A model generated the notes under the pieces. It was not told where the DNA came from. It ran no database searches and saw only the letters and a list, made by a program, of their open reading frames with translations. Positions 45,180-54,269 of a DNA stretch of 64,000 nt are shown in pieces; positions within the stretch are counted from its first letter, which is position 1, and each line of letters begins with the position of its first letter. The DNA comes from Nitrospirota bacterium (GTDB lineage: Bacteria; Nitrospirota; UBA9217). The position numbers were made by a program, and so were the translations under genes. Location: positions 64,001 through 128,000 of the forward strand of contig CAVVOB010000012.1 in the NCBI GenBank assembly GCA_963749655.1. Direction: 5' to 3'.

Positions 45180-45232
45180 GATTTGCTGTTTCTTCTGCGG
45201 TCTTGCACCAAAGAAGGGATAAGGAGGCTGCT

Positions 45233-45994
45233 ATGAAAAACATTCAAACCATCATTGTAGCTGTAATTGTGGGTCTGATGTTTACGGTTATCGCCGGCGC
45301 GGTGACGAATAAAATCGAACCGTTGCCGCGGGACCTGGAAATTCAGCTGGCCTTGAGCGCGCTGCCGGCGCACCTCAGGGACAATGCAACCGTGTATGTT
45401 CTAAACCCCGACAAGGGTTTTGAAGTAGCGCGCAAGGGGACGAATGGATTCCACGCCCTTGTCGCCCGGACCGGCGATGACACGTTCAGGGGATCCTGGC
45501 CTTTGACGGAATATAGAGATGACATCCTGTACCCGGTTTCCTTTGACGCAGCAGGCGCCAAGGAACAGATGCGCGTTTTCTTTGACGCGGCGGAAATGCA
45601 GGCCGAGGGGACTCCCCCCGGCGAACTGAAGAAAATCATCCAGGAGCGTTTCAAAACAGGATACTACAAAGCGCCGGAACGAGCCGGTATCTCGTATATG
45701 CTGTCTCCTGTGCTCAGAACGTACTGGAACCCGGAAGAAAGCGACAGTGTCATGACCGCAAACATTCCGCATGTCATGTACTACGCCCCCAATATAACCA
45801 ATGAAGATATAGGCGGCGGAAAACCCGGAAGCATGAATCCTTTTGTTATAATGCCCGGTCACCATGGATACATGATCCAGCTTCTCGGCCAAACGGAAAA
45901 AGCAGCAATTAACAAAGAGTACGCAGACATGCTTGCAAAACTCTGCAAAATCAAAGATGTGTGGTGTTTGCCAAAAGAGAAGGGTCGACAGTGA
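45233..45994 (+). CDS. Exported hypothetical protein
   Basis: RBS AAGGAGG, signal peptide, LALSALPAHLRDNATVY, PHVMYYAP. Confidence 0.7.
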   Translation: MKNIQTIIVAVIVGLMFTVIAGAVTNKIEPLPRDLEIQLALSALPAHLRDNATVYVLNPDKGFEVARKGTNGFHALVARTGDDTFRGSWPLTEYRDDILYPVSFDAAGAKEQMRVFFDAAEMQAEGTPPGELKKIIQERFKTGYYKAPERAGISYMLSPVLRTYWNPEESDSVMTANIPHVMYYAPNITNEDIGGGKPGSMNPFVIMPGHHGYMIQLLGQTEKAAINKEYADMLAKLCKIKDVWCLPKEKGRQ

Positions 45995-46190
45995 GCAGGG
46001 ACTATGGCAAATGCGGCAGGGCATGAGCTGTGAAGCCAAGACAAAAAAGAAGTGATCCAGTAAGTAAGAGAGAGAGCAGGACCGATAGCTGATCCTGCTC
46101 TCTCTCTATTATGATCTATCTGTTCGTTACTGTAATCCGAGAGACATCTTGCTGAACACCTTGACGTAGTAATCGCTATCGGGCTGGCCC

Positions 46191-46385
46191 GCAATCCCGC
46201 GCCTTGGCATCCCCCGGCCGGGGGTGGAAAGCGCTCACTCGCGCGTGACACGAACGTGTCACGCATGCGCGAGTTCGCAGTTCCACCTGGCACTCCGTGC
46301 ATCCGCACTCGTAAACGCCGGGTGCAGGCGGGAGGTCGCGTCAATTTTAGTCCCGACAGGTCGGGATGCCGGAGGGGGCTCCACT
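46191..46385. repeat. Structured multi-hairpin repeat, copy 1
   Basis: Near-identical to 52490..52644 with an extra ~45 nt internally. Confidence 0.85.
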
Positions 46386-46559
46386 TGCGTCGGCCGTCCG
46401 AAAGATATGTCCGGGTCCATTTGCGGACTCAAAATTTATGCGCCTGTCGGTTGACACAGCTCAAAGACCGACTATATTTGTATATATGAGATGAAACTCA
46501 CCTCTATGTGGTCAACGCGCACTCGAAACTTTTTTGACCTTTCACCCGGGGAGGACAAC

Positions 46560-47813
46560 ATGAACGATCTGGTTAAAACAAAAGACGTGAGCAGCATGTT
46601 CGGATTTGAAAGTCTGTTCGAATTCGAGAAGCGGCTGATCTGCAAGTCCATGGCCCGGTTGGGCAATCCTCCCATTACCATGGTCATAGGAAACAACGGC
46701 GCGGCCTACTCACCAAGGGAGAAGTCAATCGGCACGATTGTTATCCGCGATCAAAAGACGCTGCTGCGGTTCGTCGTCCATCCGGAGCTTTACTTCGGCG
46801 ACGCATACAGCGAAGGGAAGATCGAGGTGGAGGGGGACCTGATCGAGGTCCTGAAGTGCACGTACAGAAGCATGTCGAAGACGCCCCCGGGAGGCCTGCT
46901 CGACGCATCGAGAAAAAAGATCATCAACCGGCCCCGTTTGAACACGCTGAGCGGATCGAGGAAGAACATCCACGATCACTACGATATCGGCAACGATTTC
47001 TACCGGCTCTGGCTCGACGACAGGATGCAGTATACCTGCGCGTATTTTCCGGAGCCCTCGACCACCCTGGAAGAGGCCCAGATCGCCAAGATGGAACATG
47101 TGTGCAGAAAGCTGATGCTCAAGCCCGGGGAGACGGTGGCGGAAGCGGGGTGCGGCTGGGGGACCCTGGCCTTGCACATGGCAAAGCATTACGGCGTCAA
47201 GGTCAAGGCCTACAATATTTCCCATGAGCAGATCAAGAGCGCCCGTGAACGGGCAAAGGCTGAAGGCCTGGACCACGCGGTGGAATACATCGAGGACGAT
47301 TACCGGAATATGTCGGGGACCTTCGACGCCTTCGTCTCCATCGGGATGCTGGAACACGTGGGCGCCCGGTATTACCAGGAGCTCGGCCAGGTCATAGGAC
47401 GCTCGCTCAAGGAAGAGGGCAGGGGGCTTATCCATTCCATCGGACGCAACAGGGCCGAACCCATCAACGCCTGGATAGAACAGCGCATCTTTCCCGGCTC
47501 CTATCCGCCCACCCTGCGGGAGATGATGGAAGTATTCGAGCCGTCGGGGTTCTCCATCCTCGATGTCGAGAACCTGCGGCTCCATTATGCGAGAACGCTG
47601 GAGCACTGGCTGGAGCGGTTCGAACAATCGAAGGACCGGATAGGGACGATGTTCGACGAGAAGTTCATACGGATGTGGCGGCTCTATCTCTCCGGCTCCA
47701 TTGCCGGCTTTGCAGCCGGGACCCTTCAGCTCTTCCAGGTGGTCTTTGCCCGTCCGCAGATGAACGACGTGCCCTGGACGCGGGCCCATCTTTATTCCGA
47801 AATCGGCAAGTGA
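46560..47813 (+). CDS. Cyclopropane-fatty-acyl-phospholipid synthase family SAM methyltransferase
   Basis: HYDIGNDFY.LWLD..MQYTCAYF, GCGWG, SIGMLEHVG, IFPG, HYARTL..W. Confidence 0.93.
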   Translation: MNDLVKTKDVSSMFGFESLFEFEKRLICKSMARLGNPPITMVIGNNGAAYSPREKSIGTIVIRDQKTLLRFVVHPELYFGDAYSEGKIEVEGDLIEVLKCTYRSMSKTPPGGLLDASRKKIINRPRLNTLSGSRKNIHDHYDIGNDFYRLWLDDRMQYTCAYFPEPSTTLEEAQIAKMEHVCRKLMLKPGETVAEAGCGWGTLALHMAKHYGVKVKAYNISHEQIKSARERAKAEGLDHAVEYIEDDYRNMSGTFDAFVSIGMLEHVGARYYQELGQVIGRSLKEEGRGLIHSIGRNRAEPINAWIEQRIFPGSYPPTLREMMEVFEPSGFSILDVENLRLHYARTLEHWLERFEQSKDRIGTMFDEKFIRMWRLYLSGSIAGFAAGTLQLFQVVFARPQMNDVPWTRAHLYSEIGK

Positions 47814-47864
47814 AGGTGGAACGTTTATCCGGAAATAAGTTATAAAGGCCACTGCTGACGTCTG

Positions 47865-48010
47865 TCTCGCGCAAAGCCGCAAAAGCGCAAAGTAGGACAA
47901 CAACATGGACTGGATAAAGCCATTCGAGTTTCCGCTATTGTTCTGATTTACCATTACTTGTCCGCGTTGAGGTTTATGCTTTCTTTGCGCCTTTGCGGCT
48001 TTGCGCGAGA
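47865..48010. repeat. Palindromic element with 28-bp inverted arms (27/28 match)
   Basis: tctcgcgcaaagccgcaaaagcgcaaag ... ctttgcgcctttgcggctttgcgcgaga. Confidence 0.85.
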
Positions 48011-48113
48011 TCAATTTTTTTCAGGTTTCCACCGGCGAAAAGACTGCTATCGGTGGTTTATCAGCAAGAAGATGTTGTCCGTTTGTCCAGACACTGTATA
48101 GTCAGGAGGAACT

Positions 48114-49265
48114 ATGGAATCCTGCGACGTCCTCATCGTCGGCGGCGGGCCCGCGGGCTCCACGCTTGCCCGGCAGCTGCGAAAACGCGGCCTGGACGTA
48201 TTGATCCTCGATAAAAGCCCCTTTCCGCGGGACAAAGTCTGCGCAGGCTGGATCACGCCTGCAGCCGCGGAGCTCCTGCAGCTGGACAGGTCGGACTATT
48301 CCCGCGGACGGGTGCTGCAGCATATCAGCGGATTCAGGACCGGCATGATCGGAGGGGCCGAGGTCGTCACCCGGTACGGCGGCACGGTCAGCTACGGCAT
48401 CCGCCGTTCCGAGTTCGATCACTACCTCCTGCAGCGCAGCGGCGCGCGACTGCGCCTCGGCGAGCCCCTCAAGACCATGGAGCGCAAAAACGGCGCCTGG
48501 ATCATCAATGACGAGATAAAGACCCCTTTGGTGATCGGCGCGGGCGGCCATTTCTGCCCTGTTTCAAGGTTCCTCAGGGGAAATCGGGCGCGAAGCGAAC
48601 CAGCGGTGATCGCCCAGGAAGTGGAATTCGAACTGAATGAATCGCAAAAGCGCGGGTGCGCGGTGGCGGGAGATACTCCGGAGCTCTATTTTTGCGAAGA
48701 CCTGAAGGGATATGGATGGTGCGTGCGAAAAGGGGACTTCCTCAATATCGGGCTCGGCCGGGAGGACAACCATAACGTCGCGGACCAGGTGAGGTCATTC
48801 GTCGGTTATCTGAAAGCACGGAAAAGGATCACGGCGAATGTCCCCGCTGATTTCAAGGGCCACGCCTACATGCTGTACCAGGGCGCATCCCGGTCCCTGG
48901 TCGGGGACGGTGTGATGCTCATCGGAGATGCAGCCGGACTGGCCTATCCAAAGAGCGGGGAGGGGATCCGGCCGGCAGTAGAGTCCGCCATGATGGCGTC
49001 AGCGGTCATCCTTTCCGCGGCAGGCGATTATCGACAGAGCAGGCTTTCGCACTATCCGTCCCTGCTGGCAAGTCGCTTCAGGAAAGACAGACCGGCTTCC
49101 ACCATGTTGCCGCAGTCTCTTCGACGTTTCGTGGGCCGCCGGCTCATGGAAAGCCGATGGTTTTCACGGCATGTAGTGCTCGATCAATGGTTTCTGAATG
49201 TTCACCAGACTGCGTTAAGGCTTCAGGACGGGGAAGATCCCTCTTCGGAGAACCAACGGTGCTGA
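48114..49265 (+). CDS. Geranylgeranyl-reductase-family FAD oxidoreductase
   Basis: IVGGGPAGS, FPRDKVCAG, RRSEFD, GYGW, IGDAAG...SGEGI. Confidence 0.88.
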   Translation: MESCDVLIVGGGPAGSTLARQLRKRGLDVLILDKSPFPRDKVCAGWITPAAAELLQLDRSDYSRGRVLQHISGFRTGMIGGAEVVTRYGGTVSYGIRRSEFDHYLLQRSGARLRLGEPLKTMERKNGAWIINDEIKTPLVIGAGGHFCPVSRFLRGNRARSEPAVIAQEVEFELNESQKRGCAVAGDTPELYFCEDLKGYGWCVRKGDFLNIGLGREDNHNVADQVRSFVGYLKARKRITANVPADFKGHAYMLYQGASRSLVGDGVMLIGDAAGLAYPKSGEGIRPAVESAMMASAVILSAAGDYRQSRLSHYPSLLASRFRKDRPASTMLPQSLRRFVGRRLMESRWFSRHVVLDQWFLNVHQTALRLQDGEDPSSENQRC

Positions 49266-49602
49266 ATGTGAATCAAGATTAGCCGCAAAAAGCACAAAAA
49301 GAGTCTTTGACATCGATGATATATTTTCAAATTTTGTGACTTCAGTGGCTAAAGACTTTTTACGAGATCATCAAGGTGCATTCGTCCTGGTACGCCCACC
49401 TTTCAATGCAGGAGCGGACGCCTTGTTTACGAACAGCCCGAAACTCCAGCCGTAAAAATACGCTGCTCCCTGAACTATGCAGCTACGATTCCCTCTTGAA
49501 AAGTGTATAATCTAAGCAGAGCCCGTTCACGTCAATTTGCTCTCTTGGCTGACGAGAGCCGGCCATGAATTTTCTCCAAAAAATACGACCAACCGAGGAA
49601 GC

Positions 49603-50217
49603 ATGCCTATACAAACATATACGATACGCCTGTTTGATACGTTGTTGAATTCAATATCGAAGATGGCCAGGACCCCGTTGAATTACTGGGCTGAATTCGT
49701 TGTCGATATCCCGGTCGGTGCGGGGCTGATCGGGGCGGGTCTTCGGGGCAATGAACTCAATCACGTCGCGGTTTTTTTGACCATCCTGCTGGGCCTGTTT
49801 CTCTTCAGTCTTATCGAATACTCTTTTCACCGCTGGTTGTTTCACGGATCCGTGCAGATCCTGGCGCAGGGTCACCGCGCGCATCACGAGAATCCTCTGG
49901 GCTACGATTCTTTACCGTTCTTTTTGCCTGCTCTGGTACTGCTGACAACGGCCGGCGTACTTGTTTTGTTTATGCCCGCGAACCTTACTTTTTTGCTGAT
50001 CGGAACCATTTCGTTAGGTTACGTTACCTACGGGCTGAGTCATTTCACCATCCACCATCACCGTTTTCAGTATGCTCTTGCGCGAAACTGGGCGGCCAAG
50101 CATCACATCCATCACTACCACCCCGACGCCAACTTCGGCGTTACCACGCCGCTGTGGGACATAGTTCTCGGCACCCTCTTTGTATACGATCACAAATCAA
50201 ACAGGCGCGGAAAATGA
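49603..50217 (+). CDS. Sterol desaturase/fatty acid hydroxylase family membrane protein
   Basis: His boxes HRWLFH, HRAHH, HFTIHH, HHIHH; NFGVTTPLWD. Confidence 0.88.
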   Translation: MPIQTYTIRLFDTLLNSISKMARTPLNYWAEFVVDIPVGAGLIGAGLRGNELNHVAVFLTILLGLFLFSLIEYSFHRWLFHGSVQILAQGHRAHHENPLGYDSLPFFLPALVLLTTAGVLVLFMPANLTFLLIGTISLGYVTYGLSHFTIHHHRFQYALARNWAAKHHIHHYHPDANFGVTTPLWDIVLGTLFVYDHKSNRRGK

Positions 50218-50344
50218 CGAGATCGGGCGCCCGTCGACTGCAATGTGGTGGCCGAAAGGAATGGGGCACAGATCCGTCCTGAAGCTCGTTAAGGTGCAGC
50301 TCTTCGAAATACGCCACGTTCCATCCGGTATTCGCTAAATACCC

Positions 50345-50491
50345 TTAACAGGTTGTTGAAAAAGCTCAAGCGCGACAAATTTCGTCATGCCAGCGAAGGC
50401 TGGCATCCAGAATCATATTATAAACACTAGATTCCTGCCTGCGCAGGAATGACGGCTAAGGTCTTCAAGACGTTTTTCAACGGCCTGTTAA
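50345..50491. mobile_element. MITE-like element with ~19-bp terminal inverted repeats and a nested REP-like palindrome
   Basis: ttaacaggttgttgaaaaa ... tttttcaacggcctgttaa; inner cgtcatgccagcgaaggctggcatcca ... ctagattcctgcctgcgcaggaatgacg. Confidence 0.7.
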
Positions 50492-50509
50492 AATACCCAT
50501 TCGCTGTCG

Positions 50510-50538
50510 TTGACATCGTTTTGAATCAGGCATATATT
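50510..50538 (+). promoter_or_regulatory. Near-consensus sigma70 promoter, copy 1
   Basis: TTGACA-17 bp-TATATT. Confidence 0.7.
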
Positions 50539-50683
50539 CGTTTTGAAGCTGGCGCGGCGTAAATTATTGCTGAACCGGACGCCAGCGGAATCCGGCATTG
50601 TCCGGGGGGCTGTTCAATAACGGATTGTTCGGCATTAACGAGGGGGTCCTCGTGATCCCCTTGTGAGATTCCCGGGAGATTTC

Positions 50684-51121
50684 ATGGCATCTCTTGAACG
50701 CGCAATCGCGATCGCTGCAAAGGCGCATGAGGGGCAGGTAGACAAGGCCGGCGCTCCTTACATCCTTCATCCGCTGCGAGTGATGTTCCGCGTAAACACA
50801 GTGGAAGAGCGCATGGCGGCTGTTCTGCATGACGTTGTTGAAGATACAAATGTCACGATCGGGATGCTGAGAGCGGAAGGTTTCCCTGAAGGAGTGTTAA
50901 GTGCGATAGAGTCCCTTACCAGGCGTCCGGGAGAAACCTACGAGACATTTGTTCTGCGGGCTGTTGCTGATCCGATCGGCCGTACCGTAAAGCTTGCTGA
51001 TCTTGCAGAGAACAGCGATCTCTCAAGGATCCCGATGCTCACGGCAAAGGACAATGAGAGAGCGGCAAAATATCGTCGTGCAATCGATCAGATTAACAGG
51101 TTGTTCAAGGAAAAAGCCTGA
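50684..51121 (+). CDS. Stand-alone HD-domain protein (small alarmone hydrolase/Mesh1-like)
   Basis: AHEGQVDKAGAPYILHPLRV, AVLHDVVEDT, VKLADLAEN. Confidence 0.85.
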   Translation: MASLERAIAIAAKAHEGQVDKAGAPYILHPLRVMFRVNTVEERMAAVLHDVVEDTNVTIGMLRAEGFPEGVLSAIESLTRRPGETYETFVLRAVADPIGRTVKLADLAENSDLSRIPMLTAKDNERAAKYRRAIDQINRLFKEKA

Positions 51122-51282
51122 CCCGCTCCGCGCAACCGGACACACCTAAGGGGAAATGCGGAATTCCCGATACGATCGGGACAGGTCTCCATGCGGAATG
51201 CGGAATTGGGAAATTTCAAACAGCCTTTGAAAAAGAGTTTCCAAACCAAAAAGGCAATAGAGCCGTAAACTCCGGAGGAACT

Positions 51283-52476
51283 ATGCATCTGTCTTTGTTC
51301 AAAAGATCATCTTTTCCGCAGACCACGATACGGGCCTGTTCCTTGCTCATCGTGGTATTCATGGTCTTTGCCGCCGTTGCACAGGCAGAGGAGCGGCTCT
51401 GGGTCGAAGCCTCCATCAACAACAAGCCCGCGCGCCTCTTCTTCGACACCGGCACGAGCGACCTGGTGCTCTTCCCCAAAGGGGCCGCGCGGCTGGGTGT
51501 TTCGGTCGTTGAAGCGCCGAAAGAGACGCAACTGGACCGCGGAATAGTCTTGATCGGAAAAACGGAAGAATGCGAACTGCGGGTCAACGGGAGCATGGTC
51601 AAAACTCCTTTCCTGGTTGTAGAGATCCCGCCCATGCTGCGAACGGACGCCGATGGGTTGGTGGGATGGTATTCGCTCTCGGGAAACATCCTGATGATCG
51701 ACGCGTCCCGGGGAAGCGTGACCTCCCTTGCAGGCGTTCCCCGCGAGGCGCGTGACTGGGTAAAATTCAAGCTCCGCAGCGGGTCCCCCGTCCTGCAGCT
51801 CGAAGTGCCTCATGCCGCAGGCGGTCCTTCCGTGGTGCTGCTGGATACGGGTTCCGAGCGCGGGGTCGAACTTTCGCCTCGGCTGTGGCAGGACTGGAGA
51901 TCAGCCCACAGGAAAGCTCCTGTCACGCTTGATGCCTCGTACAGTCCTGCGACGGGCCTGATTGTTGCGGAAGAGGCGTGGGCGGATAAATTTGCCATAG
52001 GCCCGCTGTTGATGACCGAAGTGCCGCTCCAGGAGGCTCATCCAGACGCCTCATCCGGTTCATTGGGCGGCGATTTCGTGCTCGGACTTGCCGCGCTCAA
52101 GCGTTTGGATATGATAATTGACGCTGCGAACGGGATTGCGTATGTTGGCGCGAAAAACACGGCGCCGGCTCCCTATGAACACAACCGCCTCGGCGCCGTG
52201 TTTACTCCGCGAGATATGCAAAGCGAGGACCTGATCGCGAGCGCTGTTGAAGGAAGCCCTGCGTGGAAGGCCGGTATCCGCAACGGCGATGTCCTCACGC
52301 GTATCGATGATCTGGATGTAACGAAGTGGCGTACGGACCCGGCGGTACTGCCGCTCAGCCGGTTCTGGAGCCGTCCCGCCGGGACCAAGCTCCAACTTGC
52401 GCTGAAGCGCGGATCAAAGACGCTTACTGCGAATGTTGTTCTGCGTGAAATCCTGGCCGCGGGAAAATCCCATTAA
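51283..52476 (+). CDS. Exported tandem retropepsin-like aspartyl protease with C-terminal PDZ domain
   Basis: Signal peptide, FDTGT and LDTGS motifs, DGLVG/FVLG, GSPAWKAGIRNGD. Confidence 0.85.
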   Translation: MHLSLFKRSSFPQTTIRACSLLIVVFMVFAAVAQAEERLWVEASINNKPARLFFDTGTSDLVLFPKGAARLGVSVVEAPKETQLDRGIVLIGKTEECELRVNGSMVKTPFLVVEIPPMLRTDADGLVGWYSLSGNILMIDASRGSVTSLAGVPREARDWVKFKLRSGSPVLQLEVPHAAGGPSVVLLDTGSERGVELSPRLWQDWRSAHRKAPVTLDASYSPATGLIVAEEAWADKFAIGPLLMTEVPLQEAHPDASSGSLGGDFVLGLAALKRLDMIIDAANGIAYVGAKNTAPAPYEHNRLGAVFTPRDMQSEDLIASAVEGSPAWKAGIRNGDVLTRIDDLDVTKWRTDPAVLPLSRFWSRPAGTKLQLALKRGSKTLTANVVLREILAAGKSH

Positions 52477-52489
52477 TCAATGGGGCAGG

Positions 52490-52644
52490 GCAATCCCGCG
52501 CCTTGGCATCCCCCGGCTCTGCCGGGGGTGGAAAGCGCTCACTCGCGCGTGATACGAACGTGTCACGCGTGCGCGAGTTCGCAGTTCCGGGAGGTCGCGT
52601 CAATCTTAGTCCCGACAAGTCGGGATGCCGGAGGGGACTCCACT
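52490..52644. repeat. Structured multi-hairpin repeat, copy 2
   Basis: Direct repeat of 46191..46385. Confidence 0.85.
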
Positions 52645-52739
52645 CAGCCGCCTTTTGACCGGACCGGCATCAGGCTCCTGAGCGGGCGAAAATGAAACTG
52701 GGCATCCGTTTCAAAAGCGGGCACAGACGGTAAAAAATT

Positions 52740-52940
52740 TCAACAACACCCTTCAAGAGGAGCAATAGGGGCCGTTTTTCTCTCCATGCGTTTCTCTTGC
52801 AACCGTTGCTGCATGTAAGGGCACCTGTCATGTTGAGAGGGCATGCAGTATTTTTCCAGTTCACATAGTGTCGGGATATAGACGAATCTATTCGCCGTAC
52901 AGGATAGGATACGGGATCCCGATAGTTGATGGCACTTCAT
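52740..52940 (-). CDS. Small Cys-rich hypothetical protein
   Basis: RBS AAGGGAG; MKC-x10-C...YC-x7-CP pattern. Confidence 0.55.
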   Translation of the reverse strand: MKCHQLSGSRILSCTANRFVYIPTLCELEKYCMPSQHDRCPYMQQRLQEKRMERKTAPIAPLEGCC

Positions 52941-53002
52941 GATAGGCTCCCTTCACAATCCTTTGATCATCAAAAGTGAAAAAAGGAGATTGGCAGGAGA
53001 AA

Positions 53003-53326
53003 TTACCGTACGTTGATTACACAGTTTTTTGTGCCGAATGGGTTAGGGGTTGTTTCAGCGTTCGAAAGGTCCTGGACCCATGAACCGTCTACCAGATACT
53101 TATATTCATATCTTCCCTGAGGCAGCTTCATTTTGATTTTCCATGCTCCGTCCTTGCCTTTTTTCATGGACATGGACTTGGGATCCCAATCGTTGAATTG
53201 ACCTGCCAGGCAAACCTTTTTTGCAGCGGGAGCGACGATCGAGAATTCTATCTCCTGCGTGCTGGCGGCGAAACGTGACTTGGTGATTGTTTCTCCCAGT
53301 TGTTTTATCGTTTCCATCGTGGACAT
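53003..53326 (-). CDS. Glycogen-binding domain protein (CBM48/AMPK-beta-like)
   Basis: VCLAGQFNDW, GAW, GRYEYKYLVDG.W..D, NPFG..N. Confidence 0.9.
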   Translation of the reverse strand: MSTMETIKQLGETITKSRFAASTQEIEFSIVAPAAKKVCLAGQFNDWDPKSMSMKKGKDGAWKIKMKLPQGRYEYKYLVDGSWVQDLSNAETTPNPFGTKNCVINVR

Positions 53327-53565
53327 AGTTCCTCCTCTGAGTACAAGCTTAAGTAAGGGCCCTTATTTCCATGCACGATTCGGTTTATTCTCAAAATGAC
53401 ATATATATATTGATTCACTCATTTTCCGGCCGGCTGGTCCGGAAACTCCGAGGCGTGGCAATAAGGAAGGCAGCGCCAAGCCAGAGAGCGACACAAGATT
53501 TCGGCAGGAGAGAATCCTCCTGCCGAATTTTTAATGCCGGGGGAGTTTATCCTGTACTTGAATAA

Positions 53566-54132
53566 TTACGGGGCCGCCGGCTTCCATCCCTCGTCGGTCG
53601 AGTAGGGCAGCGCCTTGCCGTCGAAAATGATGCGAATGCGGCGCTCGCCATGCGAGCCCTTGGTCTCCTGGACGATTATGTCGAAGTCGATAGCCGACAT
53701 GATCATGTCGCCAAACCGCTCATTCATCCAGCGCTGGATTGCCGGCCCATACACCTCTACCGCCTCGTGCATGCGATAAATAGCGCCGGTTTGCCAGCGT
53801 ACCGGGGGAGGGGCCAGGGGGGCCAGCGAGCCGGCTTTCAAGTCAAGTTCCTTTTCGAGGCATTCCTGAGTACTTTTCTCTAAAGGAGCCTGGCCGGTGA
53901 GGATCGCTCCGATCCGGACAGGCAGGAGCTTGCAGGCACTGCCCAGGGCTTCCAGGGTCAGGCCTTTTTTGATAGCCGCCTTATTGGCCAGATCCAATGT
54001 CGGCTTGCGCTGCTCGTAACTGTCGAGTGCAAGCGAATCTACTACGCTGGTCCGGTCAGTAGCTTGTGCCGGCGAAATCCAGCAAAGTCCTGCAACGATA
54101 ACTGCCGATACTTTCAGTAACGTCTTGTTCAT
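53566..54132 (-). CDS. cynS: Cyanase (cyanate hydratase) homolog with N-terminal Sec signal peptide
   Basis: IYRMHEAVEVYG (Arg/Glu), FGDMIMSAIDF (Ser), FDGKALPY; leader MNKTLLKVSAVIVAGLCWISPAQA. Confidence 0.85.
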   Translation of the reverse strand: MNKTLLKVSAVIVAGLCWISPAQATDRTSVVDSLALDSYEQRKPTLDLANKAAIKKGLTLEALGSACKLLPVRIGAILTGQAPLEKSTQECLEKELDLKAGSLAPLAPPPVRWQTGAIYRMHEAVEVYGPAIQRWMNERFGDMIMSAIDFDIIVQETKGSHGERRIRIIFDGKALPYSTDEGWKPAAP

Positions 54133-54269
54133 AACCCCTCCTTAGTATTGTAATGAGCATCATTTATAATAACGTGTCATTTACAGAGCGCTGTGATCAC
54201 CACCTCCTCTCTGTCTGGAATGCCCATCGGAAAATAACAGCCGACTGATGCTGTTTTCCGCCGGCTTTT

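Noticed and set aside
46191-52644. Composite transposon bounded by the structured repeats
   Set aside because: No transposase or target-site duplication is visible; kept only as a repeat finding.
54061-54132. Lipoprotein signal on the cyanase (Cys17)
   Set aside because: AGLC does not fit the lipobox consensus, and an AQA signal peptidase I site follows.
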